Positions 39,947 through 49,274 are shown, numbered from the stretch's first letter. The stretch: 64,000 nt of DNA from Vulcanimicrobiota bacterium (GCA_963812135.1 CAWETU010000001.1:1-64000); one strand, 5' to 3'. A program made the numbers and translations. Notes: generated by a model not told the origin, from the sequence alone.

Positions 39947-40881
39947 AAGTCGTCATCACCGGGGCGGCCGGCTTTGTCGGCTCGCACTTGGCGGACCGAT
40001 ATCTTGCCGATCGTCATCAAGTCGTCGGGATCGACAATCTCATCACCGGCGACCTCGGCAATCTGGCGCTCGCACGCGCCAATCCACATTTCGAATATAT
40101 CAACGCTGACGTCGCCGTCGAAGGCTACGATCTCGCGCACGCGTGCGGCGGCGCGGACCTGATCGTGCATTGCGCATCGCCCGCCAGCCCGGTCGACTAT
40201 GCTCTCCGTCCGCTCGAGACCATGGCCGCCAACAGCCTCGGCACGAAGCACTGTTGCGAGGCGGCGCGCGCGTGGTCGGCGCGCCTGCTGTACGCATCGA
40301 CCTCCGAGGCCTACGGCGATCCGCTCGAGCACCCGCAGCGCGAGACGTACTGGGGCAATGTGAATCCCATCGGTCCGCGCGCGTGCTACGACGAGTCGAA
40401 GCGTTTCGGGGAGGCGATGGTCATGACGTTTGTCCGCACTCACGGCCTCGATGCGCGCATCGTCCGGATCTTCAACACCTATGGCCCGCGAATGCGCCGC
40501 GCCGATGGACGCGTGGTGCCGAACTTCATCGGTCAGGCGCTCGCGGGTCAGCCGCTCACGCTCTACGGCGACGGCAGCCAGACCCGCTCGTTTTGCTACG
40601 TCTCGGATCTGGTCGACGGCATCGTGCGCTGCGCGGATTCGGAGCGGACGCGCGGCGTGGTCGTCAACCTCGGCAACCCAGCGGAGATCACCGTCGCGCA
40701 ACTGGCGCGCGTCGTCTGCGAACTGGTGGGTGTGCCCTATACAACCGACCAGCGCGACATGCCGGTCGACGATCCGGTTCGTCGTCGCCCGGATATCACG
40801 CGCGCGCGGGAGTTGGTGGGATGGGAACCGCGGATCGCGCTCGAGGATGGGTTGCGCGAGACTATCCGCTCTTTCGCGTGA
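39943..40881 (+). CDS. UDP-glucuronate decarboxylase (UDP-xylose synthase) family
   Basis: TGAAGFVGSHL, ASPASPVDY, STSEAYGDPLEHPQRETYWGNVNPIGPRACYDESKR, RIFNTYGPRM, DDPVRRRPDI. Confidence 0.9.
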   Translation: MKVVITGAAGFVGSHLADRYLADRHQVVGIDNLITGDLGNLALARANPHFEYINADVAVEGYDLAHACGGADLIVHCASPASPVDYALRPLETMAANSLGTKHCCEAARAWSARLLYASTSEAYGDPLEHPQRETYWGNVNPIGPRACYDESKRFGEAMVMTFVRTHGLDARIVRIFNTYGPRMRRADGRVVPNFIGQALAGQPLTLYGDGSQTRSFCYVSDLVDGIVRCADSERTRGVVVNLGNPAEITVAQLARVVCELVGVPYTTDQRDMPVDDPVRRRPDITRARELVGWEPRIALEDGLRETIRSFA

Positions 40882-43051
40882 AGCCCCACGATGTCAACGC
40901 CAGTCCAGCCAGCAGCACGCAGACAGTGATGATGGCAAGCATTTGCAATGCGTGGAAGAGGCGCGCCGGCCGATAGACCAACGACACGCGAAGCGGTGCC
41001 CTGTCGGGAACGAACCAGCCGTTCAAAAGACCATCGACGGACACGTGTGGCCACGCGAGCTGCTTTCCATCCGCCTCGACGCTCCAATCGGGCGAGTAGC
41101 TGGCGTGCAGCACGAGCGCTCGCGTTCCAGGCGCCGCCACGACATCGTACCTCGCTGAGTCGCGGCGCACGCACGTGGTGGGAAGTTCCGACAACGTTCC
41201 GTGGCCAGCGGCATCGATGTCGTACGCAGACGCGCATTCGTGTCTTGTGTCGACGCGATAGAGGTCCAGCGCGCCAAACGATGCGACTTTGCGTATGGCC
41301 GGGCGTTGCCGCAGATATGCGTTGATGACGCTCGGCGCCAGGATGTGGCGTTCGGGGCTCGACCACACCACGTCGTTGCGCTGCACGATCCAACCGACGT
41401 CGAGCGTGGAGAACCATGATTCGATCGGCCGGCTCGAGCCCGTCCGGATCTCGTCGAGCAAGCGACCGTATTGCTGTCGCAACGCCGGTGAGCCGCCGAA
41501 CCAGCCGAACGGCCGCGGCGCGACGAGCAGCACGGGCCGTTGGATCCAGGTCTGCGCCACCGTGTCAACGCCGTAGTATCCCCACGCGTATGGCATCGCG
41601 TAGAAATCATCGTTCGGCAACAGCAAGACGCGCGCGTCGCCGGGTTGCGCGTTGAGAAAGTCGGCGGCCTGCTTCCAGTATGCCGGTGGGGTGAGGACCG
41701 ATTTCGCGGTGCCGTTCAGCCAGGTCGCCGGAATCACATCGCCGCGGATCACGGCGATGCTATTGCTGAGCAGGAGCACCATCAGCAAACACCACGCGCC
41801 GGCCATCGCGGCAGCAGCGTATCGGCGGTCGTGTCGAAACGCTCCTGCGACCTTGCCGGCGAACGTGGAGAGCTGCGTCACGGCGACGCCCGCCAGCGTG
41901 AATAGGCTCAGGTAGAGCGTTATGCCTGTCGCCTCCTGAGGATCGCGCAGCAGCCAGAAGAACGGCACCGTATTATAGAGGAAGGCGTTGACGTCGCCAA
42001 ACGGCTGATGGTATCCCTTGCCGAGGAACAGCGAGACGGCGCAGATCGCGACGAGCAGCCAGACGCGGCGGCGATACGGCGCGAACAAAACCGCCAGAGC
42101 GGCGAACACGGCAGGCAGATACAGCGCGAACAATCGATACCCGGACGAATACGCCTGGGCCCATGGGACATAGGCGGCAAATTGATACGACCAGAGCCCT
42201 TGCATGCTGAGCATGTTGAGTATGCTCGCGCGCTGATCGACGAACCCCCACGCGAGCGGACCCTCGAAGATCTGCGAGGCAGAGCCGCCGCTCGCGTACA
42301 ACGTCGTATAGGCGGCGTACGCCCACCACCCGTTGAGCGCGACAGCCGCAACCGCGCCGAGCGCGAGACCCGGCCAAATGCGCAACGTGCGGAATCGCAG
42401 CAGCGAACCGACGAGCCACGCGAGCGCCCAGATGAGCGCGTACACGGCGATCGGCGGCGATGCCGCGAGGATCGTGAAACCAAGGCTCGCAAGCCCGATG
42501 GTTATCGCGAGCCGGGCGTTCGACGCGGGGCCGCGGCTCTGCGTCATCATCAGGGCGGCGGAGAACGGGAAATAGCCGAAGGCGAACGCAGTGACCGGAT
42601 CGCGAAACGTGATGCCTATATAAAAGCAAAGCGGATACGCCAATCCTGTTGTCAGCGCGATGAGCCGGCGTTCGGGGAAGAGCGCGCGTGCGAAGAACAC
42701 GGCGCTCAAGCCCGCGAACTCCAAAAGAGCCAGATACAGCAGCCACTGCGTCGTCGGGCCATCGACGCCGAGCGCGAGCATGAGTTTGCCCCACAGCGCG
42801 AAGAGCAGGATCGCCGGCATGAACTGCGGCGAGCCGATCCCACTGATGCGGGTGCCCCAGAGCCTTATGGCTTCATCAAACACGTGGTTACCCGGCATCA
42901 TGTAACCCGGGAAGAGATCACCGCCCGCGAGATAGCCATTGCGGTGCAGGCTGAACCACGAGACGAGCGCAACCGCGAGCGCCACGATCGCGTAGACAAA
43001 TACTTCTCGGGCGCGTGGAGAACTCAAGCTCCGAAGCGCGGCCCGCGTCAC
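40862..43051 (-). CDS. Multi-TM GT-C-type glycosyltransferase, AftD/DUF3367-like (paralog 3)
   Basis: Colinear with paralog 1: NGYLAGGDLFP, PFFWLLRDP, RVLLLPNDDFYAMPYAWGYYG, VGWIVQRND, VDGLLNGW; GTGA overlap. Confidence 0.65.
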   Translation of the reverse strand: MTRAALRSLSSPRAREVFVYAIVALAVALVSWFSLHRNGYLAGGDLFPGYMMPGNHVFDEAIRLWGTRISGIGSPQFMPAILLFALWGKLMLALGVDGPTTQWLLYLALLEFAGLSAVFFARALFPERRLIALTTGLAYPLCFYIGITFRDPVTAFAFGYFPFSAALMMTQSRGPASNARLAITIGLASLGFTILAASPPIAVYALIWALAWLVGSLLRFRTLRIWPGLALGAVAAVALNGWWAYAAYTTLYASGGSASQIFEGPLAWGFVDQRASILNMLSMQGLWSYQFAAYVPWAQAYSSGYRLFALYLPAVFAALAVLFAPYRRRVWLLVAICAVSLFLGKGYHQPFGDVNAFLYNTVPFFWLLRDPQEATGITLYLSLFTLAGVAVTQLSTFAGKVAGAFRHDRRYAAAAMAGAWCLLMVLLLSNSIAVIRGDVIPATWLNGTAKSVLTPPAYWKQAADFLNAQPGDARVLLLPNDDFYAMPYAWGYYGVDTVAQTWIQRPVLLVAPRPFGWFGGSPALRQQYGRLLDEIRTGSSRPIESWFSTLDVGWIVQRNDVVWSSPERHILAPSVINAYLRQRPAIRKVASFGALDLYRVDTRHECASAYDIDAAGHGTLSELPTTCVRRDSARYDVVAAPGTRALVLHASYSPDWSVEADGKQLAWPHVSVDGLLNGWFVPDRAPLRVSLVYRPARLFHALQMLAIITVCVLLAGLALTSWGFTRKSG

Positions 43052-43845
43052 GGCAGATCGGCCCAGCGATAGACGGTCGTGTCGACGCTGAGCAGGTCGC
43101 TTCCCTCGATGAGGAGATCGCGCGGGGTGCGCTCGAGCCCGTTGCGGTCGCGCTCTGCGCTGTTCCACGATCCGCGCGTGAAGAGATAGTGGAACTCGCT
43201 GCCGGTGCGCAAGCGCAGCTCGATGAAGAAATGGATCGCGTCGCGGCGCTGCATCTTCACTGCTTGTGGATTCCAACCACCGGTGTCGGTCGTCATGAAC
43301 ACGTCGCTCGTGAACGGCGTGTTCGGCGGCACTTCGACCGTGATGCGCACGAGCGTGTCCGCGCTGAGCTTGCTGTTGTACTTCGGTTTGGGAGGTTCGA
43401 GCTCGGGATTGGGCTGCGGCGTGGAGGCCTGCACGATGTACTGGCGCGGGACCTGCGTGATCGAAACGCCTTGGGCGATCGGCTTGCGCGAAAAGCGTAC
43501 GGACGTCACTATGGCGTTCGCCGCGTCGAGCGTGGCGATCGCGTAGGAACCGGGCGCAGGTTGGCCTTGGAGCGGCGCGCCGGTGGCATCGTCGAGCAGC
43601 AGCGCGTTGGGTGCCAAGCGCAATGCGTCGCCGCTGGTGAAGACGATGAAGCCGAGCTCGACGTCGATCACTTGACCGTTCACCAGCAGCGGCAATGGTG
43701 TCGGCGACGGCGCCGCGATGTCAGGCGGCGGCGTTTGCGATGCTTGCGGGATCGGCGTCGGGAGCGCCACCACGCCGAGCGGCGACAAACCGACGCACGC
43801 GCACACCGCGACGCCGACGAGCAGGCTTCGAATGCGCGTCTTCAT
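43048..43845 (-). CDS. Secreted protein with C-terminal CBM20-like carbohydrate-binding module
   Basis: Signal peptide, Pro-rich linkers, VRITVEVPPNTP..DVFM....GWNP...FHYLFTRGSW..AERD..G...R...VYRWAD. Confidence 0.65.
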   Translation of the reverse strand: MKTRIRSLLVGVAVCACVGLSPLGVVALPTPIPQASQTPPPDIAAPSPTPLPLLVNGQVIDVELGFIVFTSGDALRLAPNALLLDDATGAPLQGQPAPGSYAIATLDAANAIVTSVRFSRKPIAQGVSITQVPRQYIVQASTPQPNPELEPPKPKYNSKLSADTLVRITVEVPPNTPFTSDVFMTTDTGGWNPQAVKMQRRDAIHFFIELRLRTGSEFHYLFTRGSWNSAERDRNGLERTPRDLLIEGSDLLSVDTTVYRWADLP

Positions 43846-45596
43846 TGCGATGTGATCAAGATCTGGAAGCGCGGGGTCCACGTCTGGCCGCCCCAATTGA
43901 AGAGATACGCGCGCTGCGCGTCGAGGAAGAGCACGCGCGTGATGCGCACGCGCACGTCACCGCTGATCTCGTAGCGCGGCGGGCCGGCAACAAGAGGGAT
44001 CTGTTCGGGCGAGTAGTTCGTCTGCGTCGCGGCGGCGCTGAACTGGAAGTCCGGCGACGGCGTCCAGACCGATGTGAGACCGTACGCGCGGCTCGTGGCG
44101 CGCAGAAAAGGTCCGAGCACCGGCGGCAGCCCGTTGCCGGAAGAGGGCAGCGGAACCACACCCATCGCCTGATTCGGCGAGATGATCGAGAACGCGTCGC
44201 GCGCCGTCGCGCTGTCGATGACGTCCGATCCGATAAGCAGCACGTTGGGCGTGATGCGCCGGCTGATCGTCGCGATGGTCGTCTGCTCTTGCACGATGTT
44301 CGGAAAGCTCAGATACGTCTGGCCGATGGAATATGCGAGATTGATGCCGGTCTTCAGCGGGCCCGGATATGAGGGCGTGAAGAGCGACCCGCCGACGTAA
44401 TAGCTCGAGACGTCGCGTTGGCCGCTGCCGCTCACGCCATACGCGTCATGTGTCATGCCGTATCCCGAGGTGAGCTTGTACGTAAGCCCCGTATGCAGGA
44501 GCTTTTGGTAGTAACCCTGCCATTGCAATCCACTGACAAACGCATGGTTTGGGATCCATGGATGCGACGGATCGCCGTAGTAGCCCAGCGCCGGCTGCGC
44601 GAGCAGGCTCGAGTATTCCTGAGTGAGGTCGAGCAACACCGACGACTGGCGGATGCCTTGGTTGTATTGCACGTCGGCGTAGCCGCTCGACGCGAGCGGT
44701 TGCGATAGTCCGTACTGGTAGGTGAACAGCTGCGTGTTGAGCCGCAGCGCGCTGACGGTCGACAGCCGATCGTACGCGAGCAGATTCCACTGTTTCGGAG
44801 GCTCGGTCGCGGGATTGAGGCTGAAGACCGCATACCCGGCCGGGAAAAGTGAGTGGTGTTCCAGCGACCAGTACGTGCTGATGGGGGAGACCTGATCGTA
44901 ACGGAAATGCAGCGCGTCGAGCGAGACCGGCGATCCGGCGAAATTATAGGGCACATCCAGCGCCGCGCCCGCCAGTGCATTGATGCCGAAATTCGGATTG
45001 GCTGAGAAGTTGTAGGTGTACGGCGGCAACGGCGTGGTCCACAGCGCGCCGTCGAACAACACGAAGGTTGCCGGCGTCATCCGCAAATACGTCGACGCGT
45101 TGATCGTCGCGGAGCGGCCGACGATATATGGCTTCGTGCCCGACACGTCGGGGATGAAAAATGCATCCCCGGGCATCTGGCGGCCCTTCTTCGGATTCGC
45201 ATAGTCGTAGCCGAAGAACGTCCATCGATCGGCCTCGGGCTCGAGCGGCACGAAATACTGCCGTCGGAAGACCAGGAAGTCCGCGAACGCGGCGCCTGAG
45301 AGTACCTCTGTGCCCGTGTGCAGCCGAACATGGCCGGCGACGAGCAGCCGGCGCAGGCCGAGGTTCATGACGAACACATCGCCTTCGATGACCGATCCGT
45401 CCGGCTCGGTGACTCGGACGTCGCCGCGCGCGACGACCATCGCAGCGTCCCCGTAGTACTCGACGCGCCTCGCCGTCACGCGGATCGGCGCGGCCAGTGG
45501 CGCGACGTGCGCGGTCGGGGGACCTGCGGCGACCGCGGTCGCGGGCGCAAACGCCACGAGCAGCGCGGCGACCGCCGGCGGCACGCGCGCTCGCAT
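43842..45596 (-). CDS. Putative outer-membrane beta-barrel protein with LptD/OstA-like N-terminus (paralog B)
   Basis: Signal MRARVPPAVAALLVAFAPATAVA; IRVTARRVEYY..MVVARGDVRV..IEGDVFVMNL..LLVAGHVRL jellyroll pattern; amphipathic strands; similar to paralog A. Confidence 0.65.
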   Translation of the reverse strand: MRARVPPAVAALLVAFAPATAVAAGPPTAHVAPLAAPIRVTARRVEYYGDAAMVVARGDVRVTEPDGSVIEGDVFVMNLGLRRLLVAGHVRLHTGTEVLSGAAFADFLVFRRQYFVPLEPEADRWTFFGYDYANPKKGRQMPGDAFFIPDVSGTKPYIVGRSATINASTYLRMTPATFVLFDGALWTTPLPPYTYNFSANPNFGINALAGAALDVPYNFAGSPVSLDALHFRYDQVSPISTYWSLEHHSLFPAGYAVFSLNPATEPPKQWNLLAYDRLSTVSALRLNTQLFTYQYGLSQPLASSGYADVQYNQGIRQSSVLLDLTQEYSSLLAQPALGYYGDPSHPWIPNHAFVSGLQWQGYYQKLLHTGLTYKLTSGYGMTHDAYGVSGSGQRDVSSYYVGGSLFTPSYPGPLKTGINLAYSIGQTYLSFPNIVQEQTTIATISRRITPNVLLIGSDVIDSATARDAFSIISPNQAMGVVPLPSSGNGLPPVLGPFLRATSRAYGLTSVWTPSPDFQFSAAATQTNYSPEQIPLVAGPPRYEISGDVRVRITRVLFLDAQRAYLFNWGGQTWTPRFQILITSQ

Positions 45597-46993
45597 TATG
45601 CGATCGGCGTGGCGGTTTCGCGCAGTTCGGTGGAAGCGGGTGCGACGGTCGAGGGCTTCGCCACGGGTGCACCGACCAGATCGCCGGCCGCCGCCCCGAT
45701 CAGCAGCCACCACAGCAGGCCGACCTTCGGGAAAAAGAACAGATCGTCGAAGACCTGGTGGAGCAGCAAGCACACCGTCGCGAGCAGCGCGGCGCGCGCC
45801 AACCACGACTTTCGGAGGCCGATCGCGCACTCGCGCAACACGACGACATCGAGCCCGAGCAGCGCGATGAAACCGATGAGACCTTGCTCGGCGAGCGTCT
45901 GCAGCCAGAGGCTGTTGGCGTGCGTTTGCACGTTGGCAAGGCCGACGCTGCCGAGCAAGTGCTCGAAGTTGCCGGCGCCCACGCCGAGGAGCGGATGCGC
46001 GGCGAACATCGTCAGCGCGGCGTTCCACAGCTCGTTGCGCGTACCGACGCCGCCGGGGTCCTGCAGCGGCACTTCTGAGAGCCTGAAGATGTCGAAGAGC
46101 AGCGCGAAGTTGTGAGTCGCCGTCCAGTACCAGCTGAACGCGATCCCAAAACCGAGCACGATGCCGGTCGCGAACGGCAAAGCCGATGCGCGCGCCGCGC
46201 GCCGGTCGATGAACCATAGCAAAATGAAACCGAGCAATGCGAAGGCCACACCCGAGCGCGACAAGGTGAGCGGCAGCGCAAGCGACGCGGCGCAGATCGC
46301 GATCCATCGGATCGCGCGGAGGCGATCGCCGAGCAGCAGCGGCGAGAGGAAGAGCACGGGCAATGCGATCTGCAGGAAGCCACCCAGCTGGTTGGGACCC
46401 TCGAGCGGCCCCGCGACGCGCGGTAGCGGGCGCTCGTTGATCCACACGCCTGATGGCGCGCCACCGAGCAGACCTTGCGCGATCGCGTCGAAGGAAACGA
46501 TCAAGACCGATGCGATGATGCCGCCTTCGAGCCATCGCGAGTCATCCCGTTGCTCGATGATCAAACTGGCGGCGCACCAGAACATCACGAGATACTCGAG
46601 CTGCTTCAGCGTTTCGCGCAGCACCGGACCGAAGAACGAGGCGCCGAAGCCCGAGATCGTGATCGCTCCGAGCACCGCAAGTCCCGCCACCATGATGCGG
46701 CGCGCGCTCGGACTTGCCGGCACCAGCGGTGCGCCGCGCATCACCAAGCCGATCGCGATGCCGATGATCACGACTTTCTCGAGCGTGATGGTCGTGCCCA
46801 TGACGTCGCGATAGAAGGCGAACGGAACAGTGAAGGCGATGAGCGCCGTCGCCCACTGCGGCCGGCGCAGCGCGAGCCATGCCGCGCCGATGCCGGCGAG
46901 CGCGAACAAGACGGCGGAGACGATCGTGAGAGGCGTTTGGTGGATGGTTTGATCGACGACCGGGGGCAGCAACAGGCTGGAAAGACTTACCAC
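45596..46993 (-). CDS. O-antigen ligase/polymerase (Wzy_C) family protein
   Basis: RVAGPLEGPNQLGG, TLSRSG, RNELWNAAL..F..HPLLGVGAGNF, HANSLWLQTLAEQGLIG. Confidence 0.88.
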   Translation of the reverse strand: MVSLSSLLLPPVVDQTIHQTPLTIVSAVLFALAGIGAAWLALRRPQWATALIAFTVPFAFYRDVMGTTITLEKVVIIGIAIGLVMRGAPLVPASPSARRIMVAGLAVLGAITISGFGASFFGPVLRETLKQLEYLVMFWCAASLIIEQRDDSRWLEGGIIASVLIVSFDAIAQGLLGGAPSGVWINERPLPRVAGPLEGPNQLGGFLQIALPVLFLSPLLLGDRLRAIRWIAICAASLALPLTLSRSGVAFALLGFILLWFIDRRAARASALPFATGIVLGFGIAFSWYWTATHNFALLFDIFRLSEVPLQDPGGVGTRNELWNAALTMFAAHPLLGVGAGNFEHLLGSVGLANVQTHANSLWLQTLAEQGLIGFIALLGLDVVVLRECAIGLRKSWLARAALLATVCLLLHQVFDDLFFFPKVGLLWWLLIGAAAGDLVGAPVAKPSTVAPASTELRETATPIA

Positions 46994-47691
46994 GCGCCTT
47001 CCCCGCGAAAGACAGCTGGGATCGTGCGCGCGAGGATCCACAGATCGAGTTGCGGCGTCCAATGACGCGCGTACCATACATCCATCGCCATCCAGCGACG
47101 GAACGGCACATTCGCGCGGCCGCTCACCTGCCAGAGGCCGGTGATGCCCGGCATCACGGAAAAGCGCCGCAAATAATGCGGCTCGTAGTTGAGCACTTCG
47201 CGGGGAAGCGCAGGCCGCGGACCGACGAGACTCATGTCGCCGCGCAGCACGTTCCAGAGCTGCGGCAATTCATCGAGGCTCGTGCGGCGCAGCACGGTGC
47301 CGAAGTCGTGCACGCGAGGATCGTCGGCGATCTTCAGCGCAGGCCCGTCGAGCTCGTTGAGGTGCAAGACGTGCTCATGCATGAGGTGCGCGCCGTTGAT
47401 CATCGTCCGGAACTTGTAAAAGCGGAATTCGCGGCCGCCTTTGCCCACGCGCATCTGCGAGAAGAACACCGGACCGGGCGAGCGCAATTTGATGCCGATC
47501 GCGATCAGCGCGTACAGCGGCGCGAGCGCGACCAACAAGAACGCTGACAGCGCGACGTCCATCACGCGCTTGAGGAAGAGCCAGGTTCGTGGGGTATCGG
47601 CGGTCGCAACGACCCAGTGGGCGGAGCTGATCCCTGGCGGCAGAGCCCGTCGCGCGACCTGCGCGGCGGTTCCGGTCGTCGCGACGATCAT
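46987..47691 (-). CDS. Priming polyprenyl-phosphate sugar phosphotransferase (Bac_transf, WcaJ/CpsE C-terminal type)
   Basis: KRVMD, SPGPVFFSQMRVG, FYKFRTM, DDPRV, SLDELPQLWNVLRGDMSLVGPRP, PGITGLWQVSGR. Confidence 0.93.
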   Translation of the reverse strand: MIVATTGTAAQVARRALPPGISSAHWVVATADTPRTWLFLKRVMDVALSAFLLVALAPLYALIAIGIKLRSPGPVFFSQMRVGKGGREFRFYKFRTMINGAHLMHEHVLHLNELDGPALKIADDPRVHDFGTVLRRTSLDELPQLWNVLRGDMSLVGPRPALPREVLNYEPHYLRRFSVMPGITGLWQVSGRANVPFRRWMAMDVWYARHWTPQLDLWILARTIPAVFRGEGAW

Positions 47692-48842
47692 ACGGTCAGC
47701 GGCTCCGGCGGCTCGAGGCCGAACGACTCCATGACGCGGCGTCCGACTTGGGCGTACGAATCCAGATCGCCGAGCGCGACGCCGGATTTGCCGGGCTGGT
47801 AGTCGAGCAACGGTGCGAGCTCACGTGTGTGGTCGGTGCCCGGTGCGGTCGGGTCGCATCCGTGGTCGGCTGTAACGATCAGTCGATCTCCGTCCTTCAA
47901 CCGATTGAGAATCTCAGGCAAACTGCGGTCAAGGGCCTGCAATGCTTTCGCATATCCGTCGGGGTCGCGCCGGTGCCCATACTTCGAATCGAAATCGTTG
48001 AGATTCGTGAAGCAGAAGCCGCCCTGTCCCGCATCTAGCCACTCAAGGGTCCTGGCGATTCCTTCTGCGTTGTCGCCCGTTCGGCTCCCCGCCGCAATAC
48101 CCTGGCAGCAGTATATGTCGCCTATCTTCCCAATGCCGCACGTCGGCACACCTGCCGCGGCCAGCAGATCGAGCACGCTGGGCGAGGGCGGGGCCACCGC
48201 GTAGTCGCGCCGCCCAGCCGTGCGCCTGAAATTTCCGGGCTCGCCCTCGAACGGCCGCGCGATGACCCGGTTGACGCGGTTCGGACCGGTGAGCATCGCT
48301 CGCGCTTGCTCGCACCAGCTCCATAGCATGTCAAGCGGCACGACGCGTTCGTGCGCGGCGACTTGGAATACCGAATCCGCAGACGTGTACAGGATCGGCC
48401 GACCGGTCCGCATGTGTTCCGCACCGAGCTCTTCGATGATCTGCGTTCCTGATGCGGTGCGATTGCCGAGCACGCGCCGCCCGGTGATCGCTTCAAAACG
48501 CTCGACGACGTCGGGCGGAAAACCCTCGGGGTACGTCGGGAAGGGCGTGCGGATGATAATGTTCATCATCTCCCAGTGTCCGGTGATCGTATCTTTGCCG
48601 GCGCTCACTTCGCGGAGTCTTCCAAACGAAGCACGCGGTGAAGCCGTCTGTTCGACGCCGCGAATATCGGTGACGTTGCCGAGACCGAGCGCTGCGAACG
48701 TAGGAAGGTGCAGGCCGCCCACCGCTGCGGCGGTGTTGCCCAGCGTGTTCGCGTTCGAGGAATCGTGGAATTGGGCGGCATCCGGCGCGGCGCCCACGCC
48801 GCCCGAGTCGATGACGAGGACGACGACCGCGCGCCCAGACAA
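47688..48842 (-). CDS. deoB: Phosphopentomutase
   Basis: LVIDSGGVGAAPDA, SAGKDTITGHWE, YTSADSVFQVAAHE, RVIARPF, FDSKYGHRRD, TADHGCDP, TDHTRE. Confidence 0.95.
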   Translation of the reverse strand: MSGRAVVVLVIDSGGVGAAPDAAQFHDSSNANTLGNTAAAVGGLHLPTFAALGLGNVTDIRGVEQTASPRASFGRLREVSAGKDTITGHWEMMNIIIRTPFPTYPEGFPPDVVERFEAITGRRVLGNRTASGTQIIEELGAEHMRTGRPILYTSADSVFQVAAHERVVPLDMLWSWCEQARAMLTGPNRVNRVIARPFEGEPGNFRRTAGRRDYAVAPPSPSVLDLLAAAGVPTCGIGKIGDIYCCQGIAAGSRTGDNAEGIARTLEWLDAGQGGFCFTNLNDFDSKYGHRRDPDGYAKALQALDRSLPEILNRLKDGDRLIVTADHGCDPTAPGTDHTRELAPLLDYQPGKSGVALGDLDSYAQVGRRVMESFGLEPPEPLTV

Positions 48843-48845
48843 GCG

Positions 48846-49274
48846 CTAGCGCAGGTCGACGGCGATGGTGCGTTTGGCGGTCGCGCCGTCCGTTCGGATC
48901 GCGGTGATCACCACGGTCTGATGCGGGTTATAAAACGGCAGCTCGGGGATCTGCAGACTCGTGCGGAAGATCCCCGGCGCTTGCTTCGGCACGTTGACGC
49001 GCACCGTGCCGACTTGCGCGGTCACTGCGGCGGCGTTGCTCGTGCATACCACTTGCGCCTCGACCTTGTCGCCGCGCCGTGGCTGGGCGGGAGAGAACGT
49101 GACGCCGGTGATCCGGACCGGGTCGGTGTTGGACGCGTACTGCACGCCGGGCGGCAGGGCGTCCGACGCGCGCACGGCCGCGGCGAGCACTATCGCGCCG
49201 GCCGCCGCAAGGGCCGCTGGGATGAGGCGTCGTCTCCACGAGGCCCGTGTCAGGTTGGTCAAGAAAATGTTCAC
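48846..49274 (-). CDS. Hypothetical secreted protein (small beta-rich domain)
   Basis: Basic N-region plus hydrophobic signal ending AVRA; co-oriented 3 nt upstream of deoB. Confidence 0.6.
   Translation of the reverse strand: MNIFLTNLTRASWRRRLIPAALAAAGAIVLAAAVRASDALPPGVQYASNTDPVRITGVTFSPAQPRRGDKVEAQVVCTSNAAAVTAQVGTVRVNVPKQAPGIFRTSLQIPELPFYNPHQTVVITAIRTDGATAKRTIAVDLR

Noticed and set aside
45597..46535. 313-aa N-terminal extension of the 897-aa ORF
   Set aside because: It overlaps the O-antigen ligase-like gene in another frame. The real start with a signal peptide is ATG 45596.
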